64,000 bases of DNA from Eledone cirrhosa. Its lineage: Eukaryota. Made by a program: the position numbers and the translations under genes. Positions 63,901 through 64,000 of the stretch are shown here, piece by piece (positions within the stretch are counted from its first letter, which is position 1; the number at the start of each line of letters is the position of its first letter). Location of the stretch: positions 288,548,001 to 288,612,000 of the forward strand of contig OZ024742.1 of assembly GCA_964016885.1 (NCBI GenBank). Reading direction: 5' to 3'. Under the pieces are notes generated by a model, which saw only the letters and a list, made by a program, of their open reading frames with translations, did not search any database and was not told the origin of the DNA.

Positions 63901-64000
63901 CAGTCACAGATACACACACACACACTATAGTAAGTGGTGTACCAACAGTCACAGATACACACACACACACTATAGTAGGTGGTGTACCAACAGTCACAGA
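42901..64000 (+). repeat. Same satellite array, post-gap segment, with many 1-bp indels and eroded diagnostic variants
   Basis: Same 30-bp core and CA tract. GTAAGGTGG, GGTGGTTGT, CACAACAC and AGAACAC forms are frequent here but almost absent before the gap. The array runs off the right edge. Confidence 0.97.

Noticed and set aside
131-63997. Hundreds of ORFs with HYSRWCTNSHRHTHT, TIVGGVPTVTDTHTH and CVCDCWYTTYYSV repeats (up to 264 aa; His/Cys-rich, mucin- or metal-binding-like)
   Set aside because: They are direct translations of the satellite. Frames switch with every 2-bp CA change, ORFs overlap on both strands, most begin at GTG or similar in the core, and there is no frame preservation or unique domain.
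1-64000. CRISPR-like layout (30-bp constant repeat with variable spacers)
   Set aside because: The spacers are short CA runs rather than unique 25-45 bp sequences, and there is no leader or cas gene.
380-64000. Splice-like motifs: GTAAGT variant (donor consensus) and TAG|GT in each unit
   Set aside because: There is no polypyrimidine tract or exon-like sequence, and a single G>A change from the consensus explains GTAAGT.
1-64000. CAGAC (SMAD-like) versus AGATA (GATA-like) switch at monomer position 31
   Set aside because: Five-base matches are expected by chance, AGATAC does not fit WGATAR, and nothing else supports regulation.

Overview
The whole 64 kb window is one head-to-tail tandem satellite array of roughly 1,450 monomers (estimated from length), all in the same orientation. 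It is interrupted only by a 200-N assembly gap at 42701-42900. The monomer is a 30-bp constant part, TATAGTAGGTGGTGTACCAACAGTCACAGA, followed by a variable (CA)n tract, giving units of mostly 39-47 bp (modes 43 and 45). I see no credible gene, RNA gene, transposon or CRISPR array, and all listed ORFs are translations of the repeat. The informative structure lies in the variants. There are three related islands of shorter, divergent monomers. Nested higher-order duplications have periods of about 93, 485, 520, 690, 2649, 2804, 3441, 5.7-6.0k and 6552 bp. The variant spectrum changes sharply after the gap in a way that looks like consensus artefact. The sequence looks like eukaryotic (probably animal) satellite or heterochromatin, but it alone does not support a novel gene system, and the functional ideas below are flagged as speculation.
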